DNA of 63,963 nt, counting the filler, from Thelocarpon superellum (taxonomy: Eukaryota), in the NCBI GenBank assembly GCA_026025795.1. It is 4 parts of 4 records of this genome, joined end to end, with 100 filler letters (N's around TTAATTAATTAA, not from the genome) between each part and the next. Parts side by side here need not be neighbours in the genome. Positions count along the whole stretch, not along the records: positions 1 to 17,947 come from JAPEUG010000367.1; 3 more parts are not named here. One strand, 5' to 3'. A model generated the notes under the pieces. The model was not told the origin of the DNA and did not search any database. It saw only the letters and a list, made by a program, of their open reading frames with translations. The position numbers and the translations under genes are program-made. This document shows, piece after piece, positions 1 to 11,431 of this stretch (positions within the stretch are counted from its first letter, which is position 1; the number at the start of each line of letters is the position of its first letter).

Positions 1-660
1 CCAGAGCTCCATGGCCGTCGAGCATCCGCATCCAGAATGGCCCCATTCGCTCGCTTACCGTTCGCCATCGTCCAACTCCCGAGTCCTCGCTAACTTGCGG
101 TGAAGTGCCGCTCCGTGCATTACTTGATGCAACAGCTTCTGTGAAGAGCCCTCTAGCGCGACAAGATTGGGGGACTTGGACTCGCGGACTTTGTTGCTGG
201 TCCTACTGTTCAGTGGCGTCCTTTTGAGACCAGGAGGCATGATCCCCTGGGTCGGACTGCGGCCTGACGGCCGACAACGCGTAGACAAGACCGCACCACA
301 CGTTCCCAGACAGGGCGAAGCCAGGTCCACTTTGGTCGCTGCAACTGTCGATCCAGCTGCTCTCAGGATCAGGTGCGTGGTGTTGCATTGTGCTCAGGAC
401 CAGGGAGGGACATCGCGTAGGTGAATTACATCGAGAGACCATCGCGCCATGTTCTTCTATCCCAGTCGCCGAACTCCCAAGATCGTGCCACTGCGTATCT
501 GGAGGTCGCAGGACACCCACATTCCTCACGCGGGACCATGCCATACAAAGACCTCAGGGACGGCCAGATCATTCCTCGCCCTTCACGTAGTCGCGCCGTG
601 TCATGGCGGGGGCGTGTGCATGGCCTCGAGATTCCAGGAACCACTGAGAGGTTGGCCTAG
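1..660 (+). CDS. 3' end of an unidentified spliced gene (partial)
   Basis: Putative GT..AG intron (donor GTGCGT ~373, acceptor TAG at 418-420) leads into open frame 421-660 (VNYIERPSRHV...TERLA*), convergent on SNX41. No recognisable motif. Confidence 0.3.
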
Positions 661-688
661 GACGCGGAGCGGCGGAGCGATCTGTGAC

Positions 689-2870
689 CTATCGCACCTC
701 GATCTTGTCCACCTCGGCTCGCGCCTCTTCCCAAGTCTCGAGGTTCTTCCGCGCCCAATCGATGTGACATTTGGCGTAGGCAATCTAAGGGCTACCGTCA
801 GCCTCGCGCGTCGGGAGTCGGGCGCCTGCCTCCGGGATCTCACGTACCATATACCGCTTCAGGTCGTCTTCCTTTTCTTTCTGGAACCGCTTAAGGTCCC
901 GTAAGACGCCGGCGCTGGCGTCCTTGACGTCTTGTTCCGACACGCCTAAGGCTTGTTCGAGCTACCGCGTATGTCAGCTGGGGGCACGCTCGCCCATCTA
1001 CTGTGGGTCCGCCGTGACGGTACGCACCTGCACCAAGCTTTCCTTGGTCTTGCCAATCTGATCCCGTCGCGTGCGTTCAGGATCGACGTCGACGATGCCG
1101 TGCATGGCGTGACTCAGACGCCCAAAGATCTTGTTCGTAACGAAGTTGCCGCTTTGGCTCTTCCGTCGGCCGGGCGAATTCGCATCCTGGGGCGCGCCTT
1201 GCGCCGCGGATGGCGGCGACGACGGCGCTTCACCGTGCGTCGGCGGAAAGTCTGAGTCGATCGAGGCCGTCTCCTCGCTGCTCGCGTCCCGGCGGGGGGT
1301 CACGGCGGGCGACGGCGCCGCTCGCGACGTCGGCTGGCTTGGCGCGCCCGTGCTGCTCAGGTACTGGTCGATACGCTTGGCCTCCATCTCGCTGCGCTCC
1401 AGCGACTCAAGGAGCGCCTGCTTCTTCGCCAGTTCCTCCTTGGTCATGTCCTCCTGCACGCGCTTCAAAACGCGATAGCGCAAGACGCTGCGCACCACCC
1501 CGGCAAACTGCGCACTCTCTCGCATTGGCTCCGCGAACCCGGCGCCCAACGATGATGACAGCTCCTCCGTCGCGATGTACGACGAGTCCACCGACTGCCC
1601 GATCCGCTCAATGGCCGCCGCTAGCGTTGGGGACTGCTCCGACAGCGAAAAGGCATTGTATCGCGCCCCAAGCTCGGCCAGGTCGGTCGAGAGCGACGAG
1701 AGATGTGTCAGCGTACGACGGTTGACCTTCTCGATGTTGCCTTGCAGCAATAGCTCGAGCTCCCGTGTTGAGGCCTCGTAGTTGACAAAGTACGGGTCCA
1801 AGTCTTGTTCGCTCAGCGTCTGCGAGGTCGGCGGAAAGCGCCCAAAGACCTGCGGCCCTGGGATCGAGTGCGCGGCCGTGGACGGAAGACCGGCGTATTC
1901 GGACGGAGAGGACGGGGTCCCCGACCCCGCCGATCCATTTACCCCCCTCAGCTTGGCGGAGGCCGAAGGCACCGGCAGATAGCTGTGGGCCGGGGTGGGA
2001 TTGGCCGGATCCAGCGGCGGTGCCTTCATGTTAGACTTGGGCACCGAGGCCACGGGATGTGAGTGCAGCACTTCGCTCCAGCTCGCGTTCGGGTCGAGGA
2101 AGCGCCACCACACCCCATCTTCCCGCACCTCTCGCATCCGTCGACATCGATTCAGGAAGACGCTGAGCATGCGCTTCCGAAGATCAATGATGCCCGTGTC
2201 TTCTTTGGCCTTGGTTGGCTTGGCCGCGTAGTCGGCCATTGAGTGTTTCTCGGGGATTGGCGGAATGACGAGGGTGGGGTGAAGGCTCACGAGGGTCGCG
2301 CGTAACGAGCTGAATTCAGAGTATCGTCGCCGAACCTCGAGATCCTGCCCCAAGGTCAGCGAGCCACCATGATGCGACCATGATGCGACCACGATGGGGG
2401 CACACGCACTCCGGTGCGAATGGTGTACACGATGTACCCGCCGCCACTCTCATGGTTCTTGCCAGCATCGGTGATGATGATGGGCAGATCCGGATTCTCG
2501 CACAAGATCTGCTCGATGCGGCTGTCGTAGCCGCCCTTCTTCCGTGGCACCTCAGCCGTGTCCTCGCCGGGGGGGTAGGTGTGATCATGGTCGTCGTCGT
2601 TCAACTCGTGCGGTCGTGAGATGAACTCGGGTGGCTCGTTACTAGTGGACGAGTCGACCGAGGCGGGGGAAGAGGACCGTTCGAGACCTGCTGCATCACG
2701 CAGACGAATGTCAGCGCCGTAGAGGATCGATGCAAGAGCTGGGCATGCCCTGAGCCACGTTGGGGGGAGGACCGACCAGTGGAGGGGGAGGTCGCATTGA
2801 TGGTGGGGGAGACAGCAGAGTCGCGGCGGTCAAGAGAACCATAAGGATTGTTATCTTCGTCGTTCCACAT
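689..2870 (-). CDS. SNX41: Sorting nexin-41 / Atg20-like PX-BAR protein, 5 exons
   Basis: N-terminus MWNDEDNNPYGS; PX motifs GGYIVYTIRTG, VRRRYSEFSSLR, IPPIPEK, LRKRMLSVFLNR; BAR region. The last two exons (961-848, 784-689) were read manually through GT..AG introns and end in AYAKCHIDWARKNLETWEEA...IEVR* (TAG 691-689). Confidence 0.9.
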
Positions 2871-3713
2871 CGTCGTCGAGCTTCACACACGCCTGAGTAG
2901 CTTCCGACGACGGTTGACATGCACAAAACCATAGATGACGACAGATGTTACCGAGCTTGGTCCTTGGCTTGGCCTTGGACTACTCTTGTAGCCCACCGTT
3001 TCATGCTGATCATCGTGCCCTCTTACCTAAGAATACGTCCTAGCCGAGTGTGGCCTGACTCCGACCCTCATTCGGCATCTTCCGTCACTCATCTGACGAA
3101 GCTCCCTCCAGCACCAGATGGCATCTGACCACGGAGCATCTAGCAAGATACTGACTGTCGATGCCACTAGTGCTGGCATTGCTCGACGAATGAATGATAC
3201 ATCTAGACGCCTGAATTGGTAGACTTCACAAGAGAAGACACAATAGGTAGGTGATGCATGCCCTTACCAGGCCCGGCCGTGGGAGAGCTTCAGCCCGTCA
3301 CGTGCAGCTTTGCGTGACGCCTCCACTCATAAGCTGCGTCTGGTCAGACGCCGCTGAGACCCGTTAGCCTGCGCTCCTTCGTACCTCTATCGTTTCGTGG
3401 CACTGCTCCAACAAGAGTCACATAGTTGAGGCAAAAGAAGAGATCGATGATAACATGCTCGACTGATGACTGTGCCGCCCTGTGCGATCACCATATTGAG
3501 GTTGCCTCCACGACGCGACGCCAACGTTGACGCCGTCGTGCATAGGGTAGTCGTCGAGATCGGTGGGACCGCGCTTCCCCAGACCGATGCCCAAAAGAGC
3601 GCGGCTAGGGTACTGAATGTTTCTGCCCCATTGTCGAGCACCGGGCCACCCCCGGTATGGCCAGGCTCGTGTTTGGTGTGGGCACGACGATCGCCGGACT
3701 CGAGCTGGCATGG

Positions 3714-4025
3714 TCAACAGTCAGCCATACGGCATCCGTATCGTGGATCAACGCACAGTATCGTGTCAAGGTGCCTCCTGTCCGTGACATGGGGAAGCTT
3801 ACGAACCAAGTGGAGGCGCGGAGGAGAGTAGTACTGGGTATACGTGCGCACCTGTCGCCGTCGAAAAGCCAACGCAAATGAGACGACGAGCAAGATCACG
3901 GCTAAAGGAATGGCAATTCCAACGGCAACAGCTGTGGAAGCGTTGGGGTCTGTTGTTGACGATGGTAATCCCCCCATGACCAAATGTGTGGTGTCGCTGT
4001 TCTGGAGGGGCGTCGGTTCGTTCAT
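3714..4025 (-). CDS. Small hypothetical single-pass membrane protein
   Basis: ATG at 4025 (MNEPTP...), S/T-rich stretch, hydrophobic helix AVAVGIAIPLAVILLVVSFALAF followed by RRR. The 3' end is uncertain. Confidence 0.4.
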   Translation of the reverse strand: MNEPTPLQNSDTTHLVMGGLPSSTTDPNASTAVAVGIAIPLAVILLVVSFALAFRRRQVRTYTQYYSPPRLHLVRKLPHVTDRRHLDTILCVDPRYGCRMADC

Positions 4026-4579
4026 CGCCACAATCTGTCTAGCTGGAAGATGTGGGGCTCCACTCAGGATCACCGGCGAAATCACGCTGGGCTCTCTCCG
4101 TATGGTTTATCGTCCACACACAGGTTCTCGGATTGTGGATGGGCCTGAGACGAGACGCCACTGCCGTTGTTGCTGATTTATCGTCTCTCTTACCCTCTGA
4201 TTCCGTGACCACGGTTTTGCGGCCTTGTTCTAGGCATCTTTCCTCTGAAAACTTTCACCTTCTTGCAGCTGCCGTGTAACCATGTCGGAATCCTCTGGAG
4301 AAGAAAGCCGTTTGCGCCACCTTTGTTGCGAGCATTCGCGAATTTGTGCTTCATTCTGGAAAGCGCCCAGTCAATACCCTGGATTTCAATGGTACCATGA
4401 AGTCTTAAGGCCAACATGGCCATGGGCGCATGGTGCTGCTTCGCCTGGATGCAATCCACTGCTAAATAAGCCCGTGATCCGAAATCCTCCATGTCCGAGC
4501 CCCTCGTGCATGCCGCCGGTACGGCCAGCACATCATTCCTCGTGGGCATCCACAACCGAACCAAGACCTGTTGCTCTCC

Positions 4580-5782
4580 CTACTTGAGTGCAGGATCCCG
4601 CAACTCGCCGGCTGCTTCGTCATCCCGCTTGCTACGCTCGCGATCACCGCTGGCTAGCTCGTTAATCCCAGCCACGTCTTCCTCCCTTGTTTGTGATCGA
4701 CGGGAACGGTCACGCATTTCCATCCCTCTGTGCTTGGCTTTCGCCTCTCGAGAATCCCGCGCGTGAGAATCTCTTTCCTTTCCTTTCTCGCGGCGCTTCC
4801 GCGAAGACTTGCGAGTGTCGCCCCCTGGGATCCATCCCGAGAGGAGGCGCAGCATCTCGCTGGGTCTCTCCCGTCCGCGTTCCTCGTCCGGCGTTTCCCG
4901 TCGGTGTCGCAGCGTGCAAAGATAGACCAACAAGGCTATGACAACCAGCGCCGCAAAGACGGCGGCAGCGGTCACCCCGCCTCGCTCAGCAGATGACCAC
5001 GTCGACCAACCGTACGACGGCGACACCAGATTGAGTTTGTCCCCGTCCCCGTCCACGTCGCTTGTCGCGGCTTGTGGAGCGGCCTGAACGATGATTACGG
5101 TCGTTAGCGTGGTGCCGTCCGGGTTGATAATGACGCCGTCTACTTGAGTGAGGACGAGGACGGGCAAGCCGTTGGGATAGTCCTTGGAGCTGGGATTGGA
5201 TGGTGCGGGTAGAGTGGTATACTCCAAAGGTGACGACATCGTGAGTGTGGGAAAGCGCAAGAAGATGGTGTCTCCTGGCGCAGCTGTCACTGAGGTCGAG
5301 AAGGTTGTCGTACGAGTTGCGCCCCAGATGGTTGAAAGGGCCATCACCGCCTCATCGACGGCTATGTTTTCCTGCGGCGCCATGATCATGGACGTCCTCG
5401 TCACCTCGATCGCCGGGATCGGGTTGTCCAGTTGCTGCAGGGTCTTGGGAGCGTCGGCACCAAATGGCGAGATGACGATGGGATAGCGGAAGAAGTCGAA
5501 CCAGAACTTGGTCCGGCCCGCTTCGACATAGACATTAACCGCGGTGAACAGTGGTTGACGCGCAGTCGCCGGGGAGACCAAGGTGAAGAGCGTCGCAATC
5601 GAGGCGTGGTCGCTTGGATCGGTGGTCACGTTTTGCTTGGAGAGGGGTTGGTCATAGAAGACGCGATAGGGAGGTCGATCGCCAACGGTGATGATCGGGG
5701 GGGCGAGGGTCGGATATGGTTCCAGATTCTTCTCAGGCGTATCATCCTCACTCGAGGAAGTGGAGGTGCTTGTCGACGACAT
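4580..5782 (-). CDS. Hypothetical ~400-aa single-pass membrane protein (Thr/Pro-rich N-terminal domain, highly charged tail)
   Basis: Long uninterrupted ORF, first ATG at 5782. TM GGVTAAAVFAALVVIALLVYLCTL followed by RHRR, then an R/E/K-rich tail. No N-terminal signal peptide. Confidence 0.55.
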   Translation of the reverse strand: MSSTSTSTSSSEDDTPEKNLEPYPTLAPPIITVGDRPPYRVFYDQPLSKQNVTTDPSDHASIATLFTLVSPATARQPLFTAVNVYVEAGRTKFWFDFFRYPIVISPFGADAPKTLQQLDNPIPAIEVTRTSMIMAPQENIAVDEAVMALSTIWGATRTTTFSTSVTAAPGDTIFLRFPTLTMSSPLEYTTLPAPSNPSSKDYPNGLPVLVLTQVDGVIINPDGTTLTTVIIVQAAPQAATSDVDGDGDKLNLVSPSYGWSTWSSAERGGVTAAAVFAALVVIALLVYLCTLRHRRETPDEERGRERPSEMLRLLSGWIPGGDTRKSSRKRREKGKERDSHARDSREAKAKHRGMEMRDRSRRSQTREEDVAGINELASGDRERSKRDDEAAGELRDPALK

Positions 5783-6020
5783 GATGGCGCAGAGATGTAT
5801 GATCAATGGCTCCGCAAGAAATAAGTAGTGTCAACGGAGGTGGTCGTGGTGAATCGTCCACGCCTTTTGGCTTTCACTTTCCGCTCGTCTCTCCACTCGG
5901 CTGTCCACCCCAGTTTTTCTCTGAGCTTTACAACACATGATCAAAAAGATGGTGCAACGAGAGCATCGAATCAGGGACCATATTTGGTTCTTCTAGGAGG
6001 CAAGAAGGCAAAAAAATCAT

Positions 6021-6106
6021 TAGTCGTGCAGGGTATCGAACCCTGGACCATCTCGGTTTGTTATTCACTTTGTGAACGAGATATCATACCGCTAGACCAC
6101 ACGACT
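6021..6106 (-). tRNA. tRNA-Val (anticodon CAC) with 14-nt intron at 37/38 (6070-6057)
   Basis: Acceptor stem AGTCGTG/CACGACT, A-box TGGTCTAGCGG, anticodon stem TCTCG/CGAGA with loop TT-CAC-A, T-arm CAGGG-TTCGATA-CCCTG, and a downstream oligo-T Pol III terminator. The intron contains GTGAA, complementary to the anticodon loop. Confidence 0.95.
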
Positions 6107-6541
6107 TTACTCGTCAATGGGAAAACTGGTAAAGATGGTTATATTCTTAGAGTCATTTTCGATAAGATAATTGTGCGCAGTAGGATTCGGAGCAGCATCC
6201 AAGGTACCGCCTTTCTCCTATCATGTTATCTCAAAGGAGAGAGATGAGGCAAGAGTATCCACAGTCTTTAATGGCTGAACGAGGCTACGCACTTTAGCGC
6301 TTAGGAGACAGCGGCGGTTATCGACTGGCGGAGTCAGGAGGTGGGGATAGGATAAGCTTTAATTGGATTTGTCCAGGGCTTAGCTAGAGCTTCAGCGAGC
6401 ATCCCGGCGACTAAGGAGACCGAGATCATTCCCGGACCCATCACGACCACTCCTTGCTTCCCACAAAAGTGCATGCCGCGCAGAGGCTTATCTGGTTACC
6501 ATCGGCCTGCGCTCAGGTGTGGATCTATCGCATGAGCACAG

Positions 6542-8894
6542 ATGTCGGGTCGCTTTGTTCGTGCGTCGAAATATCGTACGTGCTGGACGGGTCCCGCATC
6601 GCGCACCACGCAACCTTGGCTGACGCGCCGACAGGACATGTGTTTGGGCGCTCGACACGAAAGGTATGCAGCGGCACATGCACTGTGCCGTTATCACGCT
6701 GATGTGCCTTGCAGGAACAATGCTACGATAACCTGAGGATCTCGCGCAATGCCTGGGATACGAATCTGGTGAAGGTACGCATGGTCCAGTCGCTCCGACT
6801 GAGCCGGCGGCTGACGATGTGATTTCTCAGGCAAACCCGCAGTACCTGTCAGTCAACTGGGAAGCAAGCGGGGGTGGTGCATTCGCCGTCATTCCCATCA
6901 ATGAGAAGGGCCGTCTCCCAGAGCAGATTCCCCTCTTTCGAGGACATACGGCACCGGTGTTGGATACGGATTGGTAGGTCTTCTACCGGACCTCCTGGCC
7001 CGACGAGCCTTACACATCGTTTAGGAGTCCTTTCAACGATGCTTTGATTGCGTCGGGTTCAGACGACGGCAAGGTGGGTCCGCTCGGATTGACAGCGCGT
7101 CAGCGGGCCAGATCTGATGGAGGCGCAGGTGTTCATCTGGAAGGTCCCCGAAGATTTCACGCTTCATGGGATCGAGGGAGAGCCACAGGATATCACGCCC
7201 GTCAGCAAGCTCACGGGACATTCGCGGTAAGGTCGGGTCATGGTCAGCACGGACGACGCTCATTTTGGGATTAGAAAGGTCGGCCATGTCCTGTTCAACA
7301 CGGCGGCAGAGAACATCTTGGCCACGGCGTCGGGCGATTACGCGGTCAAGCTGTGGGATGTGGAGAGTGGCGCCCCCCGGTTGACGTTGAAGCATGCGGA
7401 TATCGTGCAGAGCTTGGCCTGGAGCGGCAACGGTTCTTTGTTGGTCACGACGTCTCGCGACAAGAAGCTTCGCATCTGGGACGTGCGACAGGAGAGGCCG
7501 GCGCACGAAGTGCCAGGGCATGCGGGAGCAAAGAACAGCCGGGTGGTGTGGATGGGCGAGCACGATCGGATTGCGACGACGGGATTCTCCAAGATGAGCG
7601 ATCGGCAACTGGGCCTCTGGGACGTTCGAGAGCCCAAGGAACCAATCGGAGGCTTCCAGATGCTGGACTCGATCTCGGGTGTCTGCATGCCGTTCTGGGA
7701 CGATGGCACACAGTGTCTTTATTTGGCGGGCAAAGGGTAGGTGCAGCGTATGGCGGACTAGGGATGTACGTGCTGACCGTGGCAGGGATGGAAACATTCG
7801 CTACTTTGAGTTTGAAAACGACAAATTTGAACCTCTGTCAGAGTACAAGTCTGCCGACCCACAACGAGGAATCGCGTTCTTACCCAAGCGTGGAGTCAAC
7901 GTGAGTGATCCAGGGTTCGAAATCCAGATTGCCAGTAGTAGACGTTGACACCGGAGGTCTTCAGACGCACGAGAACGAGGTCATGCGTGCCTTCAAGACG
8001 GTCAACGACTCATACATCGAGCCCATCTCCTTTATCGTGCCACGGCGAGCCGAGGTCTTTCAGGGAGACATCTATCCACCCGCGGTGGGATCCAAGGCCG
8101 GGGTGTCGGCCGCGGAGTGGTTCGACGGGAAGGACGCCTTTCCACCGAAGATTAACCTGGAAAGTCTGTACGACGGAGAAGAGCCGGAGGATGTGCCGGC
8201 CGTCCAGACAGCCGCTGCGTCCGCGGCGGCCCCTACGGTTTTGCGATCTCCCGTCAAGGTGGAAGCGGAACCTCGAACGCCGACGACGAAACCCGTGGCT
8301 ACTTCTTTGCCACCACCTAGCATGGTGGACCAGAAAAAGTCCATTTCGGACATGGCGTCGAAGTTTGCGGACAAGGACGAGGTCGAGGAAGCTGAGCCAT
8401 CGAGCTTTGATACGCAGCCGAAGTTGGCGGGAGGAGTCATGCCGCTTACCGCCGCGCGCGAACCTACCAGCACGGCAAAGGCAGAGACGACGGCAACGAA
8501 AGAAGTGACGGAAAGGTTCCCTGACACAAAGGTGAGTCTTTTCGCATTGAGGTCTCCATTGAATACGGACTAAGAACAGAAACAGTTTCCGTCGACCCCC
8601 CCAGCGTCCACATCGAAACTGACCATTCCCACCACGGCACCCTCCGCGAATGCAAGCAATCCCTCACCGTCAGCTAGCGGCCCCATCGAATCGTCGCTGG
8701 AGCAGATCAAGGCTCTCTTGGAGGAACAGAGCCGGACCATCTCAGCGCAAAGCGACAAGATCGGTCGATTGACGGCGGAAGTCGATACCCTGAAGACCAG
8801 CGTGGGCGAGTCGACAAGGGACCGAGAGAAGGATGAACGGATTCGACAGTTGGAGAAGGAGTTGGACCAGCGCCATGGCAGCAGCAGCAGCTAG
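6542..8894 (+). CDS. CRN1: Coronin (actin-binding WD40 protein), 10 exons
   Basis: MSGRFVRASKYRHVFG, CYDNLRISRNAWDTN, WD repeats, LYLAGKGDGNIRYFE, IVPRRAEVFQGDIYP and a C-terminal coiled coil. All introns are GT..AG; TAG at 8892-8894. Confidence 0.96.
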
Positions 8895-9249
8895 CCGAGG
8901 CCTTCGTACCCTCTACGTAGATACTCGCCCCGACGCGCTCTTGTGTCTACAGCACGCCGGTAGAACTGCCGAGCCAGGGTAGTACTCCTTACTGCTGACT
9001 CAAGAGGCGACGGTAGAGGTAGCCAAGACGCGAGTGGGGCGAGAATGGACAACCGTCTTTACGGACGTGACAGAGAGTGGAGAGCAGCCACTCAGTAGAG
9101 GAACAGTCATCTCCTGCGAGCAGAATAGTTTTCCAGCACGGGACGACGACGTGCGTAGTGAGACTGCTCTCACGTCATGAACCCACCACACCCCCCTCCT
9201 TCCTCGCCGGTGACTACCATGTCCATCGGTTTTCCAGCCAACTTACTCG

Positions 9250-10527
9250 CTATTCAGAGTCCGCGTCCCTCACACCTCCATCAGGCACCTCCAGAATCAT
9301 CGTAGGCGGCGCGTGGAGTAGCACCTGAGTTCCGATGCCCGTTTCTTCGGGAGCGGTAATGGTGATTCCCGGCACTTTGGACGTCCGGGCCTGAGCGGAG
9401 GCTGAGATCCGAGGCTCGGTCGGGCTTGACCACTCAAGCGAGAGCTGGCTTAGAGCCAAAGCAGCGGAACGCTGCAAGGCCACGGCGTCGGAGTAATGCA
9501 AGGCCAGGGCGGCCGAGCGGCTGCGGCTGCGGTTGCGGTCGGGACGAGCTTGATGCGGTAGCGTTGGCGTCGCGAGCGCGGTGCTGACTGCACTCGAGTC
9601 GGTATCTTCGTTCCCGTCGAGCGAGGGAATCGCCATGGTCGAAGTGCCGCTGCTATCCGTGCTGACGACGTGGACTCCAGATGCAACGCCCTTCTGCGTC
9701 CCGCTTCGCTCTCCTTCATCATCGTCTTCGTTGTCCGTGTCGTCCGCTCCTCCCCACGGAGTATCGAGAATGGTCGCTGTGGTCGGACTGCTGGTATTCG
9801 CGTTGACGCCGTTCCATCCGCTGGCAGCACCGTTCTGTGCTCCTCCGGCGGCATTGTCGTCCCCGTCGTCCGAGTCTGCGCCTCCCCACGCACTATCCAC
9901 CAAGCTCGCCATCGTCTCCGTGTCGTACCGGCGTTGCTCCTCGGGAAACTCTCGTCCGTCTCCATTACCAGCGTTATGACCGATCCCAATCCCCCCTCCG
10001 TCGGCAGCATGTTTTCCTCGCGTTGGCACCGGCTTCTTCCCCGCCCGCTTTCGGATGTCCTCTCGTTGAAAGGTCACCCTCAGTCGTCTCGTCAAGCGCG
10101 GAGGCTTATGTCTAACCAAGGCGGCGCGAAAGACGGGGCGAGACTTGAGCAGATAGCGCACGCGATGGCGAATCTGCTTCGGCGTGAAATCGCGGTCGTG
10201 CGCGGAGGAGTTCAGTGCCTCGTTCAAGCGCGTCGGCAGCTCCATCCGGTCCCTGGCCCCGCTATGGACGTGTCGCGCCATTAGGCAGAGCAGCGTGTGT
10301 GTTTCGTGCGCCGTCCATTCGCGACTTGAGCTGTCGTGTTCTGGGTTTGAGCAGTCAGAAGAATGGGTTGACTGAGCGTCTGCGTCCGTATCTGCGTCTG
10401 AGTGTGCGTGCGTGTCTGCGTCTGCGCTGGGTTCTGGAGCTTGCGGTTCTGGTTCCGGCGAGGAAAGGAAGAGGGGATTGTGTCCATGGCGTTCGTCGTC
10501 CTCGTCTTGACGGTCCTGATGCTCCAT
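9250..10527 (-). CDS. Hypothetical 425-aa protein with a Myb/SANT-like helical domain and acidic low-complexity repeats
   Basis: Intronless ORF. WTAHETHTLLCLM...LNEALN...FTPKQIRHRVRYL resembles a Myb/SANT-like helix-turn-helix pattern. Internal duplication WGGAD...GAQNG/GTQKG. Confidence 0.55.
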   Translation of the reverse strand: MEHQDRQDEDDERHGHNPLFLSSPEPEPQAPEPSADADTHAHSDADTDADAQSTHSSDCSNPEHDSSSREWTAHETHTLLCLMARHVHSGARDRMELPTRLNEALNSSAHDRDFTPKQIRHRVRYLLKSRPVFRAALVRHKPPRLTRRLRVTFQREDIRKRAGKKPVPTRGKHAADGGGIGIGHNAGNGDGREFPEEQRRYDTETMASLVDSAWGGADSDDGDDNAAGGAQNGAASGWNGVNANTSSPTTATILDTPWGGADDTDNEDDDEGERSGTQKGVASGVHVVSTDSSGTSTMAIPSLDGNEDTDSSAVSTALATPTLPHQARPDRNRSRSRSAALALHYSDAVALQRSAALALSQLSLEWSSPTEPRISASAQARTSKVPGITITAPEETGIGTQVLLHAPPTMILEVPDGGVRDADSE

Positions 10528-10649
10528 GGCTCGATCGATGGATTCAGCTAACGATTCAGCGATTGAGTGGTGGTCAAGTGAGGGTACAAGAACGATTGAA
10601 AGGGTGAAGGAGCGTGAGAGGAAGTTGCTCCTTTGTATTGCACCTCTCG

Positions 10650-11345
10650 GCGATACGATGCGATGCGATGCGAAACAATGCGATGTAAGATGGTGCGGTG
10701 TGATGCAATTTGATTCACCGCCAGGCCGAGAATCACGTTGACATTGACGTTACCGAGATGCGCTTCCACGACGCGCACAAAGAGCGCGGGGACAAGTGGT
10801 GAAGAAAGGAAGGAAGGAAGGAAGGAAGGAAGGCAGCTATCAAGGCAGGCAGGTAGGGAGGCGGGGAGGCAGGGTGATAGACAAATCTCCACCTACCCGA
10901 TCGACCGACTGACTGATTGATCGACCAACAACCTGACCAACCGACCGTGTAACAAAGCGTGAATGGATGGATGTACCCTGGTTCGCATCTGTGTCTGATC
11001 TTGATCTCGACCAAACACCACTCTTCTCTTCTCTTTTCTTCTCTCCTTATTTGCCCAGGCAGCTTCACTTGCTCAATCAAGTCATGTCGATCATGTCACG
11101 TCATGTCACCTCGCAATAAGTCTTTGTAGCACAGCATGCATCATCACCATCCATCATTGACATTGTAGCACATCCATATTGTATGCTGTGAACTGGATGT
11201 TGGTTTTCACATCACAGCTACAAATCACAAGTCACAGTCGCAATTCGCGATTCGCGATTGGTAGCTAGAACGCCACTAAATGCAAAGATCTCATGCTGCT
11301 TGAGTCAAACATAAAGACACGCACTCGCACTCGCATTCGCGCAAA
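10650..11345. repeat. Mosaic of short tandem repeats: (GATGC)n, (GGAA)n, (GGCA)n, (GACT/GACC)n, (CTCTT)n, (CATGT)n, (TCGCAC)n
   Basis: Directly visible runs, e.g. gaaggaaggaaggaagg at ~10806-10832 and gatgcgatgcgatgcg at ~10657-10672. Confidence 0.75.
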
Positions 11346-11431
11346 GAAAGAGCGATGAAGGTGACGAGTCTCGCTTCTTCCTTCCAAGACTGCAAGATGA
11401 ATCGCCAGCTCGAAACGAGCCGGATTACAAT

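Noticed and set aside
2365..2396. 11-nt tandem repeat (ACCATGATGCG) as a CRISPR-like or regulatory array
   Set aside because: Only about 2.5 units with no spacers, inside an SNX41 intron of a eukaryote: simple slippage.
5828..6247. 139-aa ORF
   Set aside because: It overlaps the tRNA-Val gene antisense and has no coding character.
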